Position numbers and translations under genes: made by a program | Notes under the pieces: generated by a model | The model's database searches: none | Told to the model about the DNA's origin: nothing | What the model saw: the letters and a program-made list of their open reading frames with translations, nothing else | From: Gammaproteobacteria bacterium RIFCSPHIGHO2_12_FULL_35_23 | Lineage (GTDB): Bacteria; Pseudomonadota; Gammaproteobacteria; UBA12402 | Assembly: GCA_001801465.1 (NCBI GenBank) | Contig: MGXT01000023.1 | Location: 3,809-67,808 of the forward strand | Length of the DNA: 64,000 nucleotides | Reading direction: 5' to 3' | Part shown: one piece after another, positions 10,510 through 19,783 of the stretch | How the letters are laid out: the number at the start of each line of letters is the position of its first letter | Numbering within the stretch: the stretch's first letter is position 1

Positions 10510-11505
10510 TTATTTGGTGCATTCCAAAATAACAATGGGTGCAAAGGGCTCTGGTTGTAACGAACTATCACTGATGATAATTTTATTTAGCTTTAAACGA
10601 GACTGCTCAACTAAATAGCGCCACTCAGTTTTATTTCTATTTTTGCTATCAATTAAGCCTAACAAATTTAAGTCACTTAAAGCTGTTCGTAAGTAATGGG
10701 GATGAGATTTATCAGGAAGGATAAAATCAATTACCAACAATTTTGTTTTATCAGACATCGAATGATAACAGGAATTCAAAATACTAACCGCCTTTTCATC
10801 ATTCCAATTTAATAATACACGACAAAGCAAATAGCAATCGCCCGTATCCGGCACTTGTTTAAAAAAATCTCCTCCTATTATACTGACTCGATTTAAACAA
10901 TTTTTATGGGCCAATACTTCTTTAGCACCAGCTACCACCTCAGGTTGATCTAATAGTATTCCTTCTTGATGAGTATTTCTGCTTAATACTTCCGCCAAAA
11001 AATGGCCTTGTCCCCCACCCACATCAACTAATTTCTTAAATTTAGAAAAATCATACAAAGCAAAAACTCCTAGTAACCAATCATCTCCACTTTTACGACA
11101 CCAATCAGCAAATTGAGTAAGTTCCTCTTTACCTAAGGAGGGATAAAAGGCCTGGCCGTATTCTTTATCCCAACAAGGTTTGTGTGTTTGCAAGGTATAC
11201 TCTAACTGATCGAAAGCTCGATAATTTTTGGTAAGATGTGGAGTTTTTAAATCCTGTAACTGATTTGTATACACGGTTTTGCTGACAAATTTTTCATCCA
11301 TTTTAATTAGTTCATAAGCATCTAAAATTCGTAAAAATCTTTTAAATGCCTCTTGATCAAAATTTAGCTTTTCAGCCAAGCTTACAATTGAAACAGGTTT
11401 ATCGGATAAATAATGGTCTAAGTTTAATTTAGCTGCTAAAAATAATACTTTGGAAGTTACAAAACCTAGTCCTAATGAATATACTTTGTTTTTATCAATG
11501 GACAT
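10510..11505 (-). CDS. class I SAM-dependent O-methyltransferase, plant-type OMT family 2
   Basis: 331 aa. SAM motif I LVDVGGGQGHFLAEV and the motif IIGGDFF. The N-terminal dimerisation region is typical of the caffeate/hydroxyindole OMT family (PF00891-like). Confidence 0.8.
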   Translation of the reverse strand: MSIDKNKVYSLGLGFVTSKVLFLAAKLNLDHYLSDKPVSIVSLAEKLNFDQEAFKRFLRILDAYELIKMDEKFVSKTVYTNQLQDLKTPHLTKNYRAFDQLEYTLQTHKPCWDKEYGQAFYPSLGKEELTQFADWCRKSGDDWLLGVFALYDFSKFKKLVDVGGGQGHFLAEVLSRNTHQEGILLDQPEVVAGAKEVLAHKNCLNRVSIIGGDFFKQVPDTGDCYLLCRVLLNWNDEKAVSILNSCYHSMSDKTKLLVIDFILPDKSHPHYLRTALSDLNLLGLIDSKNRNKTEWRYLVEQSRLKLNKIIISDSSLQPEPFAPIVILECTK

Positions 11506-11861
11506 AATATTATTCCTCTTATTACTATTTATTTATAGTACATAGGACTCAATCTAGCTTAATAAATAAAAAATAAATTTGTCTTATCTCTATAACCATT
11601 TTATTCATTAAAAAGTTAAAATCAGTGCTCTCAATTCTTATAGTATAATTTAATCAATTATTTAAGCTAAATTAAAGCATAATAAACTTAGTATATCTTT
11701 GCCTGTTTTCAAGCTAAAATTAAATAAAATCAAATGGTTACAAGAATAACAAAAAAAGCTCTCTGGAATACTCAATGCCCTGTATACTAGTAAATTTAAT
11801 AATTAAGTTTCAGCTAATTATCTTTTTTGGATCTTAGCCTCTATTTAATATTGTAAAGAGA

Positions 11862-12719
11862 ATGATCGAACGCTTATTTTATCCAATTATTTTTATTTTA
11901 CTCTGGAGTAGCGGCGTCTTTTTTGTTGCTAATGGGTTACATTATAATACTCCTGCTGTATTTTTAATGTTAAGGTTTTTTATTGCGGCGATAATTTTTT
12001 TAACTATTTTGCTCTATAAAAAAATTCCTTTTCAAATTTCTTTTTCAAATTTTATTCTACTTTTAATTGCAGGAATTTTTATTCAATTTCTTTATCTCCT
12101 TTTCTTTTTTAAGTCTTTAACTCTAGAGGTATCACCAGGATTATTAATGATAATTTTAGGGGTCCAACCTATCTTTACCGCAATACTAACAAGAAATAAC
12201 CTACGATTTATACAGTGGGCAGGATTAATTCTTGGCTTAATTGGATTAATTTTGGTTGTTATAAAATATATATATCAAGGTAAACTTATTCTTCTTGGAA
12301 TAATCTACGCTTTTCTTGCTATGCTTTGTATTACTATTGGGACCATCTTACAAAAAAGATATGGTACAAAAGTCGATATTACTCTTAGCCTGCTGTTACA
12401 AAATAGTGTTTCATTTCTTTTAAGTTTATGTCTTGTATATGAGCAACAAGGATTTCAATCTATACAATTAAATTTAAGCTTTCTAATTAGTTTATTGTGG
12501 ATGAGTATAGTAATTTCAATATTTGCTAATTATTTACTATACTTTTTATTACGCAAGGGGAAAATAATTAGTGTTGCCAGCTTCTTTTATTGTATTCCAC
12601 CAGTTTCAGTATTACTTGATAAGCTAATTTTAGGCCACACCCTACCTTCTATTGCTATCTTGGGTATGCTTCTTATTGTTACAGGTCTTTTATTTCTTCA
12701 CTTAACTTCTTCAAGTTAA
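11862..12719 (+). CDS. DMT-superfamily (EamA-like) transporter
   Basis: 285 aa with about 10 TM helices and two EamA-like halves. Confidence 0.65.
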   Translation: MIERLFYPIIFILLWSSGVFFVANGLHYNTPAVFLMLRFFIAAIIFLTILLYKKIPFQISFSNFILLLIAGIFIQFLYLLFFFKSLTLEVSPGLLMIILGVQPIFTAILTRNNLRFIQWAGLILGLIGLILVVIKYIYQGKLILLGIIYAFLAMLCITIGTILQKRYGTKVDITLSLLLQNSVSFLLSLCLVYEQQGFQSIQLNLSFLISLLWMSIVISIFANYLLYFLLRKGKIISVASFFYCIPPVSVLLDKLILGHTLPSIAILGMLLIVTGLLFLHLTSSS

Positions 12720-12751
12720 TGCTACTTCTGTAAGCCGATACAAAACAACTA

Positions 12752-13735
12752 CTAGTTTATTTTGTTAGAAGACTGAATAGGCCATATACCTCTGAGCTGC
12801 TTAATGGCTTGTTGAAAATAGCCAATATCATACTGCTCTTGCTTTCTAAGAAATATTGGATAGAGCTCATACCAGGGCACTGTTGGATTTTCATGATGTA
12901 TTCGATGCAAGTTAAAATTAAACCAATAGTTCCTTAAAAAACTTGGTAAATAGGTATTATAAGCATACCTAGGTTGATCAATAGGCGTACCATAATGGGG
13001 AAGATTATCAGCAAAAGAAATAACAAATCCCCTACCGAGCAATCCTATTATTAGAATCCATGCATGAGAACCATATAAAATAAACGAAAAAATTAATAAT
13101 CCGTAAAGACAAATTGCATCAAATCGCATACGTTTTAAACTTTGCTGAGTTAATAATTTATTCTTAGCAACAACATAATAAGGAGAGCTAATCCCTACGT
13201 TTTTTTGTAATAGCTTATCCAAGGTATGACTGGGTAAAAATGTTAATATTGGTATTAATAGTTCTACTAAGTATAGTCCACCAAAAATATGTAAGTAATA
13301 TTTAATACTTTTTAATAAAAAGTTTTCTTGCTCTGGGTTATAAGCATCAATTAAATCTGGACCTTGTCGATTCATTCGATGATGAAGTAAATGTGCATAC
13401 TGAACTAAAGGAAAAATAGTTCCAAATAAAACTGCCATGATGCGCCCAGCATTATCGTTAACTTGAGCAGTAGGGTAATAAGTACGATGAATAGCTTCAT
13501 GAATTAAGGACCAAAAAGGTGGTGTCAACAATGCATTTACTAAAGCAACAACTAGTAGTAGACCTACACTATTTGAAACAAGCGGAATCAAAAGAAAAAA
13601 GCCAAGACTAAAGGTAGCCATCATAATGCTTAACAAAATATTAAATAACGTGTAAAAAGCGATATTCAAGCAATAACCCAAAAGTATTAAAATTCTTACA
13701 AAAAGATATTTTAGCAATTCAAAAGCTGCTAGCAA
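12752..13735 (-). CDS. membrane fatty-acid desaturase family protein
   Basis: Three histidine boxes HEAIHR, HLLHHRMNR and HRIHHENPTVPW, with N-terminal TM helices. Confidence 0.75.
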   Translation of the reverse strand: MLAAFELLKYLFVRILILLGYCLNIAFYTLFNILLSIMMATFSLGFFLLIPLVSNSVGLLLVVALVNALLTPPFWSLIHEAIHRTYYPTAQVNDNAGRIMAVLFGTIFPLVQYAHLLHHRMNRQGPDLIDAYNPEQENFLLKSIKYYLHIFGGLYLVELLIPILTFLPSHTLDKLLQKNVGISSPYYVVAKNKLLTQQSLKRMRFDAICLYGLLIFSFILYGSHAWILIIGLLGRGFVISFADNLPHYGTPIDQPRYAYNTYLPSFLRNYWFNFNLHRIHHENPTVPWYELYPIFLRKQEQYDIGYFQQAIKQLRGIWPIQSSNKIN

Positions 13736-13793
13736 GTTAATTTAAAAAATTTTATACTATAATAAAAAGCATTTGATCATTAATTAACAATAA

Positions 13794-14450
13794 TCAAGAA
13801 AATTCTGTAATTGGTAAGTACTTACTAAACCAACCAACGGCTAACTGGTTCACTGTATCTAAAGTACCAGGCTCTTCAAAAAGATGCGTTGCGCCTGGTA
13901 CTAATACTAATTTACTTTGGTTACCTATTTCTTTTTGAGCTTGTTCATTCAATTTAATTACCTGGCTATCAAGCTCACCTACAATAAGTAAAGTAGGAGC
14001 CTTCACACTTTTCAATGCTTCTTTTGCTAAATCAGGCCTACCGCCCCTTGACACAACAGCTTGAATAATGCTTGCCATCCTGGTTGCTGCTATTAAGGCA
14101 GCTGCCGCACCTGTACTAGCACCAAAATAACCAATAGGTAATTGTAAATCTTGCTCTAAAATCCAGTTGGTTGCTACAATCAACCTTGCTGCTAAAAGTG
14201 GAATATTAAAACGAAGCTCTGCCGTTACTTGGTCAATAGCTTCCTCTTCTTTAGTTAACAAATCAAACAATAAGGTAGAAAATTTATGATGATTAAGTGC
14301 TTTGGCTACATATTGATTGCGTGGACTAAAACGACTACTTCCACTGCCATGCACAAAAATAACTAAGCCTTGAGCATTGCTGGGTATAGCCAAATTTCCC
14401 AACAAGCAAAGATCCAGATAACTAATTTTAATTTCATGTTGTTGTTTCAT
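13794..14450 (-). CDS. dienelactone-hydrolase-like alpha/beta hydrolase
   Basis: 218 aa. FVHGSGSSRFSPRN and nucleophile-elbow-like GASTGAAAAL. Of the same type as the hydrolase domain fused to a PRTase in Mycobacterium Rv0571c-like proteins. Confidence 0.7.
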   Translation of the reverse strand: MKQQHEIKISYLDLCLLGNLAIPSNAQGLVIFVHGSGSSRFSPRNQYVAKALNHHKFSTLLFDLLTKEEEAIDQVTAELRFNIPLLAARLIVATNWILEQDLQLPIGYFGASTGAAAALIAATRMASIIQAVVSRGGRPDLAKEALKSVKAPTLLIVGELDSQVIKLNEQAQKEIGNQSKLVLVPGATHLFEEPGTLDTVNQLAVGWFSKYLPITEFS

Positions 14451-14463
14451 AAATTTTATGCTG

Positions 14464-15813
14464 TTAATAGCCCTCAGGATAAGTATCAGGTAACTCTCCT
14501 TGATTGTTGCTAGCTTTATCTTCTAGAAACTCTAAGTAAGAAGTTTTATCTAAATGAATCAGTACATCAAATTGATAGGGTAAACGAGTAAAAAAATAAT
14601 GGCTTGCTCGCTCGGTTTCTGGTCTATAAATAACCCCTATAGCACGTTGTAATCTAGAAACATTTAATAAGTGCGAAAGTTCATTATCAGCTTTTAAATT
14701 TAAAATGAAATTTTTTAATTCTAAGGAGTGAAAAAGCTGCTCATAACTACCCTCTATAGGTTGTATAATATTTTTATACTCAGCTGATCCATCCCAATAA
14801 GAAGCAGCTGTAACAGTACCCAGTGCAGTAGAAAACCCAAGCGAAAAACAAGAAGTACTAAATCGCTCTCTTACTAACTGCCCCAAGTTGACTTCTTGCT
14901 GCACTGACATTTCCGTTGCTCTAGCATCTCCAACATGTGAATTATGTGCCCAAACTATAATTTTAGCAGGAATATTATATGTATTTTCTAAATGAGCTAT
15001 TATATTTTGTATAGTATCAACCATATGTTGGTCACGAATATTCCAGGTTACATAATGAGGTTCAAACAAAGAGCGATAATAAGATTCTGAGTTCTTTACT
15101 AAACGCGCATTCTGTAAAGCATAAAAATTTTTGCTTTTACTTTCAGCATCTTTTTCTATTTTAGAATAAATATGTCTTTGCATTTCAAGTAGTTGCTCAG
15201 TTACCTCTTTTACACAATCTTTTTTAAGATGATGCTCGGTCAGATAACCATACTGCTGAGGATCAAATGTCGTATGATCAAAACAAGCATAACGTTTAAC
15301 GGCTTGCTCAGCAAGTTTGGGAAATGTACTTTGTAAAAAATCGATAACTGCTTGCATTGCTGAATGCAAACAATATAAATCTAAACCGTAAAAGCTTACC
15401 TTATTATTAAAATCACTGATGGAATCATTATGCAAACGTAATTTTTTGATAAAGCTTAACATTAACTTATTGCGCCACATCCAAGCTGGAAATCGTTTAA
15501 AATCTTCTAAAGCTTGATAAGGATTGTTGCTTTCACCCACTCCTTGTAAATACTGATCTATTTGATAAGCACTAGTCCAATCACCTTCTATAGCTATTGC
15601 TTGAAACCCTTTTTCTTTTATTAAAAACTCACTTAAATTCATTCGTGCTTGATAAAACTCTTGAGTGCCATGTGTTGCTTCTCCCATCAGCACAATTCGA
15701 GAATCACCAATAGCTTCTAACAAGGGTTGATAACTTACTCTATCAGTCAAATCAAATGCCGTAATATTCTCATTTAATAAAGTAACTAATTTTTCAAATA
15801 TGGAGTTTTTCAT
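14464..15813 (-). CDS. erythromycin esterase (EreA/ChaN/TIKI/TraB superfamily) family protein
   Basis: 449 aa. Family-typical segments IVLMGEATHGTQEFY, WAHNSHVGD and RAIGVIYRPETE. Confidence 0.75.
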   Translation of the reverse strand: MKNSIFEKLVTLLNENITAFDLTDRVSYQPLLEAIGDSRIVLMGEATHGTQEFYQARMNLSEFLIKEKGFQAIAIEGDWTSAYQIDQYLQGVGESNNPYQALEDFKRFPAWMWRNKLMLSFIKKLRLHNDSISDFNNKVSFYGLDLYCLHSAMQAVIDFLQSTFPKLAEQAVKRYACFDHTTFDPQQYGYLTEHHLKKDCVKEVTEQLLEMQRHIYSKIEKDAESKSKNFYALQNARLVKNSESYYRSLFEPHYVTWNIRDQHMVDTIQNIIAHLENTYNIPAKIIVWAHNSHVGDARATEMSVQQEVNLGQLVRERFSTSCFSLGFSTALGTVTAASYWDGSAEYKNIIQPIEGSYEQLFHSLELKNFILNLKADNELSHLLNVSRLQRAIGVIYRPETERASHYFFTRLPYQFDVLIHLDKTSYLEFLEDKASNNQGELPDTYPEGY

Positions 15814-15832
15814 AACAATCTTTATTTTATAA

Positions 15833-16480
15833 CTACCTGTCTTTATTAGCTCTGTTTAATAAATCACAAACTTCTTCATCTGAAGTTTGTGAAAACAGCT
15901 TATACCATGTACCCACACTATAAAATGGCTCTGGAGTGAAAGGACAAACTATTTTATCTACTAAAGGTCTTAAATGCTCTAAACTATCGATACTTGCTAC
16001 TGGCACAGCAATAATAATTTCTTTAGGATGAAGTTTTTTTATCGCTTTAATTGCTGCTTCTATACTGGCACCTGTAGCAATACCATCATCTACTAAAATA
16101 ATCTTTTTTTGGACTAGATCAGGAAATTCTTTTCTGCCCCGATACAATTTATTACGCCGCTTTAATTCTTCGCTCTCTTCTTTTTTGACTTGCTCAATTT
16201 GAGAACTATTAATCCCCAACTGTAAAATTAATGATTCATTCAGCAAACAAACATTTTGATCCGCGATAGCTCCCATTGCTAATTCTTCATAACCAGGCAC
16301 TCCTAGCTTTCTGACTAAAAACACATCTAATGGCACATTAAGTGCTTTAGCAATCTGATAGGCAACTGGTACACCGCCTCGTGGTAAGGCAAGAATAAAA
16401 ACATCTTTTTCATTCTTAAAAGAACTTAGCAACTTTGCTAATTCTTGTCCCGCTTCATGTCTATCTTGATACTGCTTCAT
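15833..16480 (-). CDS. phosphoribosyltransferase-domain protein (type I PRTase fold)
   Basis: 215 aa. PRPP-binding loop IILVDDGIATGASIEAAIKAIK. Ends 19 bp upstream of the Ere-family gene. Confidence 0.8.
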   Translation of the reverse strand: MKQYQDRHEAGQELAKLLSSFKNEKDVFILALPRGGVPVAYQIAKALNVPLDVFLVRKLGVPGYEELAMGAIADQNVCLLNESLILQLGINSSQIEQVKKEESEELKRRNKLYRGRKEFPDLVQKKIILVDDGIATGASIEAAIKAIKKLHPKEIIIAVPVASIDSLEHLRPLVDKIVCPFTPEPFYSVGTWYKLFSQTSDEEVCDLLNRANKDR

Positions 16481-16581
16481 AATCTATCCCTTCTTAGTAA
16501 TAGTATGGCATGAATTACACAAGCTATAAAAAATTAACTGATGACACCTAAATAACTAATTGATTTAAGTCATTTAATGAC

Positions 16582-17091
16582 TCAATCAGCAGAAAAAATA
16601 TAAACATGTTGCGGACCAGATTTCCCACCATAATAAAGTTTACCCATGTCCACAAAACCAACTTTTTTATAAAGAATTTGAGCAGCTTTATTTTCACAAT
16701 TAACTGTTAGCATTATAGCCTCCAGCTCTGGACAAAGGATTTTAAATACCTTAGTTAAATGTAACATAGCTTGTTTTGCAATCCCTTTATCCTGATAATG
16801 CTGACCAATAGATAAAGAAAATAACACTGCATAGGATTTTTTAGTAAATTCTTTTAAACTCATATCTTGAAAAGCCAAATAAAAGCAGCCTGCAGGCTGC
16901 TCATCGAGGTAAATAAGATAAACTGCTTTATCTTTATCGTTTACAAACTGAATGAGATTTTCACCATCTCCTGAATATTTATGCTGATGCTTATAAAGAC
17001 GAATTTGCTTTAAAGCTTCCTGGTCTGCTAAACTTGCTCGTCTTAAAGTTACTTGATTCATAGTTTCATTATTGTTGAATATATTTTGCAA
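16582..17091 (-). CDS. GNAT family N-acetyltransferase
   Basis: 169 aa. Motif A-like QHYQDKGIAKQAM and a typical GNAT length. Confidence 0.65.
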   Translation of the reverse strand: MQNIFNNNETMNQVTLRRASLADQEALKQIRLYKHQHKYSGDGENLIQFVNDKDKAVYLIYLDEQPAGCFYLAFQDMSLKEFTKKSYAVLFSLSIGQHYQDKGIAKQAMLHLTKVFKILCPELEAIMLTVNCENKAAQILYKKVGFVDMGKLYYGGKSGPQHVYIFSAD

Positions 17092-17167
17092 AAAACATCA
17101 TTGAAAATAGCTAACAACGAACTTACTGTCTTAATATTATAATGCTTACTAACCCTCAAATCCATTT

Positions 17168-17935
17168 TTATTGATTTGTTGTAGTGGTTATAGCACTTTG
17201 ATGTTGATATTGTTTTTGATAAGGTAATATTTTAACTTTTACTCTTTCATTTGGATTAGTGGAAACAAAATTTTCATTTAGCCACTGTGCATCTTCTACA
17301 TATAGTCGCACACAACCATGACTCGCGTTATAACCTGGAACTGTTGGTGACCCATGAAAAGCAAATCCTTTATTAAAAAACATACAATAAGGCATGGGCG
17401 CACCACCACCTTTCTCTAACGGATATTTACCTGAGATACAACCTTTTCCTTGTTTTCTATAGATAGAAAACTCACCTTGTGCTGTACGACAACTTCTTCG
17501 AACATCAGCACACCAAGTGTTACCACCCGAAGCAGGTCCCCAACGAACCAAATCTCCTTGTGAGTTATAAGCGGCCCAAGCTAACTTAGAAGGATCAAAA
17601 ATCATTATTTTTTGGCCATTAGTTGCGATTTTGGCAGGAAATGGTGCTAAAGAAAAATAATTAAGTGCTACATATTCTTTAGGTACAGCTATAACCATGC
17701 CAGACTGCAGAGGAACATTAACTCGATTGATACGCTTGACTAAATCACGCGTTTGCTCATCTGCATAAAGCTTTTCCCAAGTATCGCCACGGGTAACTTT
17801 ATAGCAAGCATAGTCTGAATGATTGCTGCACAAATATTGACCGTATGTTTTAGCAAATACATTAGAAGATATCCCAGTTAAAAAAAAGAATAAACATCCT
17901 AATAATAAACTTTGTTTCCTTACTAACTGTTTCAT
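17168..17935 (-). CDS. L,D-transpeptidase (YkuD domain) with signal peptide and LysM-like N-terminal region
   Basis: Catalytic motif HGSPTVPGYNASHGCVRL (H..S.GC.R). Signal peptide MKQLVRKQSLLLGCLFFFLTGISSNVFA. The segment YKVTRGDTWEKLY..VNVPLQSGMVIAVP is LysM-like. Confidence 0.8.
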   Translation of the reverse strand: MKQLVRKQSLLLGCLFFFLTGISSNVFAKTYGQYLCSNHSDYACYKVTRGDTWEKLYADEQTRDLVKRINRVNVPLQSGMVIAVPKEYVALNYFSLAPFPAKIATNGQKIMIFDPSKLAWAAYNSQGDLVRWGPASGGNTWCADVRRSCRTAQGEFSIYRKQGKGCISGKYPLEKGGGAPMPYCMFFNKGFAFHGSPTVPGYNASHGCVRLYVEDAQWLNENFVSTNPNERVKVKILPYQKQYQHQSAITTTTNQ

Positions 17936-18071
17936 AATTGTCCTTAATTATTTAGACTCTACTCATATTGTAGGCAATAATTTAAATCATGCCACTGTAA
18001 TTAGAAATTTACTTTAAAAATGATCTATAATTAAAACATATAAATCAATTAGTTATATTTGAGCAGCCATT

Positions 18072-18434
18072 ATGATTATTATTCAAGAAGAAATTTACCT
18101 CCATCCAGAAATAAAAGAGCCCTTTTTAAAACATGCTGATTTTCATGCCAAGGGCACTGTTGGTTTGCAAGCTATTCATGGTTATGCCATCCGAGGCTTT
18201 GTAACTCAAGAAATTAATAATCAAGGAACCCCTGTAACCAATCAAGAAGGTTGGTTAAAATTTTTAATCAGCTATCATGTTAATAAACTGGAAGACTTCT
18301 CTACTTACTTAGCAACTGAAGCAAAAAACCGACCTGAAAAAATTGAATTTTTTAAACGTCATGGCGATAAAATTAAAACTCAACCTATCAGAATATTTAA
18401 CACCTTATTGATAAACGAAAGACCACTTAAATAA
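18072..18434 (+). CDS. hypothetical protein
   Basis: 120-aa ORF with a plausible start and no recognisable motif. Confidence 0.4.
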   Translation: MIIIQEEIYLHPEIKEPFLKHADFHAKGTVGLQAIHGYAIRGFVTQEINNQGTPVTNQEGWLKFLISYHVNKLEDFSTYLATEAKNRPEKIEFFKRHGDKIKTQPIRIFNTLLINERPLK

Positions 18435-18679
18435 TAGTTCAACATTTCTTCTACCACTAGAAGAGAAGTTAAATTTCAAAACATAGATAAAACAATTTTT
18501 AAATTATTAGCATAGCTTCATTAATTTTTTATCAAGCCAATACCAAATAGAAATTTAATCATGTTGTAGACAGTTAGTTAATCTTATAAAAATTTTATTC
18601 TTTAAAGTGTGATTCAGGTATAATAAAAGAAATACCTACCAAGAACTAATAATAAATTTTTTCTGAAGAAGGTAATAAA

Positions 18680-19222
18680 ATGAAATTGAAAAGAAAGACT
18701 GCTAAACTCGCTTATTTAAAAATTAATAACAAAGCGTCTAATTCAGCTAAATTCAAAAAAAAGATAAATCAACTAACCCGCCTCAGCATCGAAACCAACA
18801 ATCAGGCATTGGAAAAGAAATATATCCCAAGCCAATTGCTGTGTATAAACATTATAAATCTACAAAAAAGTTAAAAAATAAAATCTTGCTCATTAGTGGT
18901 AGGGATAGTGAAATTGGACGAACTATTGCCTGTCATTTTGCTTTAGAAAACGCAAATGTTGCTTTTACTCGTTCACTAGCTAAGCAACTAATTGAAAAGA
19001 GCATTAGAGTTAATGCTGTTGCCCTTGGTCCAGTTTGGACGCCTTTAATATCAGCCCACTTTTCCGAAGAAGAAGTTGCTAAGTTTGGTAAACAAATTCC
19101 TTTAAAAATCAGCGCAACCTGCTGATATTGCACCAAGCTACGTCTTTTGGACATCACAAGATAGTACTTATTATATGGGACAAGTTTTGCATCCAAATGG
19201 TGGAGAAATTGTAAATACTTAA
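18680..19222 (+). pseudogene. decayed SDR oxidoreductase gene (YghA/YdaD general-stress SDR type): internal deletion plus frameshift
   Basis: Remnant N-terminal and C-terminal SDR segments are separated by a gap and a frameshift near 19120, and the Gly-rich cofactor motif is mutated (GRDSEIG). Details under findings. Confidence 0.55.
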
Positions 19223-19245
19223 TTTATGAAACAAGGAGAAAAGAG

Positions 19246-19461
19246 ATGCCATATAACTCTGTTAATGATCTTCCTAATAATATCAAAGACAATTTACTTC
19301 TTCAGGCTCAAAAAATTTACCAAAAAGCATTTAATAATGCTTGGGAACAATTCAAAGAAGCAAAAAAGAGGTGTAATAATTCATCACAAGAAGAGGTTTC
19401 ACATAAAGTTGCCTGGAGTGCCGTTGAAAAAAAATATCACAAATCTCCACAAGGTAAGTAG
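19246..19461 (+). CDS. chaB: ChaB-family protein (putative cation transport regulator)
   Basis: 71 aa MPYNSVNDLPNNIKDNLLLQAQKIYQKAFNNAWEQFKEAKKR..SHKVAWSAVEKKYHK closely parallels E. coli ChaB (MPYKTKSDLPESVKHVLPSHAQDIYKEAFNSAWDQYKDKEDRR..AHKVAWAAVKHEY). Confidence 0.7.
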   Translation: MPYNSVNDLPNNIKDNLLLQAQKIYQKAFNNAWEQFKEAKKRCNNSSQEEVSHKVAWSAVEKKYHKSPQGK

Positions 19462-19783
19462 ATTACAAATTAGCTAGCTCTTTATGACCGAGGAAAATTA
19501 AATTAATATGAAAAATCAGTGGCTATTCCTACCCCGGATTTACATTTGAAACGATCAACATTTTCTATTTTACAATAGCATAAACTATCCACACACTATT
19601 ATATTTCAGCTTCCCATCCATTAAATTTAAGATCTGAATTATTTACTCTCCTTTCTTTAATTAGATAAAAATCAGATCAAATTTTTGGCCTTTAGCTTAA
19701 AACTGTTAGCTATAGAATTGATTTTCTGTTTAAATATAATTCTTTAAAAATACAAAATTCTGATTATTGGTTAAAAAATTACT

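Noticed and set aside
18933-19477. ORFs 18933-19196 (minus) and 19226-19477 (plus, 83 aa)
   Set aside because: The first is antisense to the SDR pseudogene remnant. The second overlaps the ChaB gene in another frame, and the ChaB frame has clear homology to E. coli ChaB while this one does not.
19478-19783. DnaA-box-like (CTATCCACA) and FNR/CRP-like half-sites (TTGAA-N3-ATCAA) in the spacer upstream of the MFS gene
   Set aside because: Single imperfect sites with non-canonical spacing; in 35%-GC DNA such matches are expected by chance.
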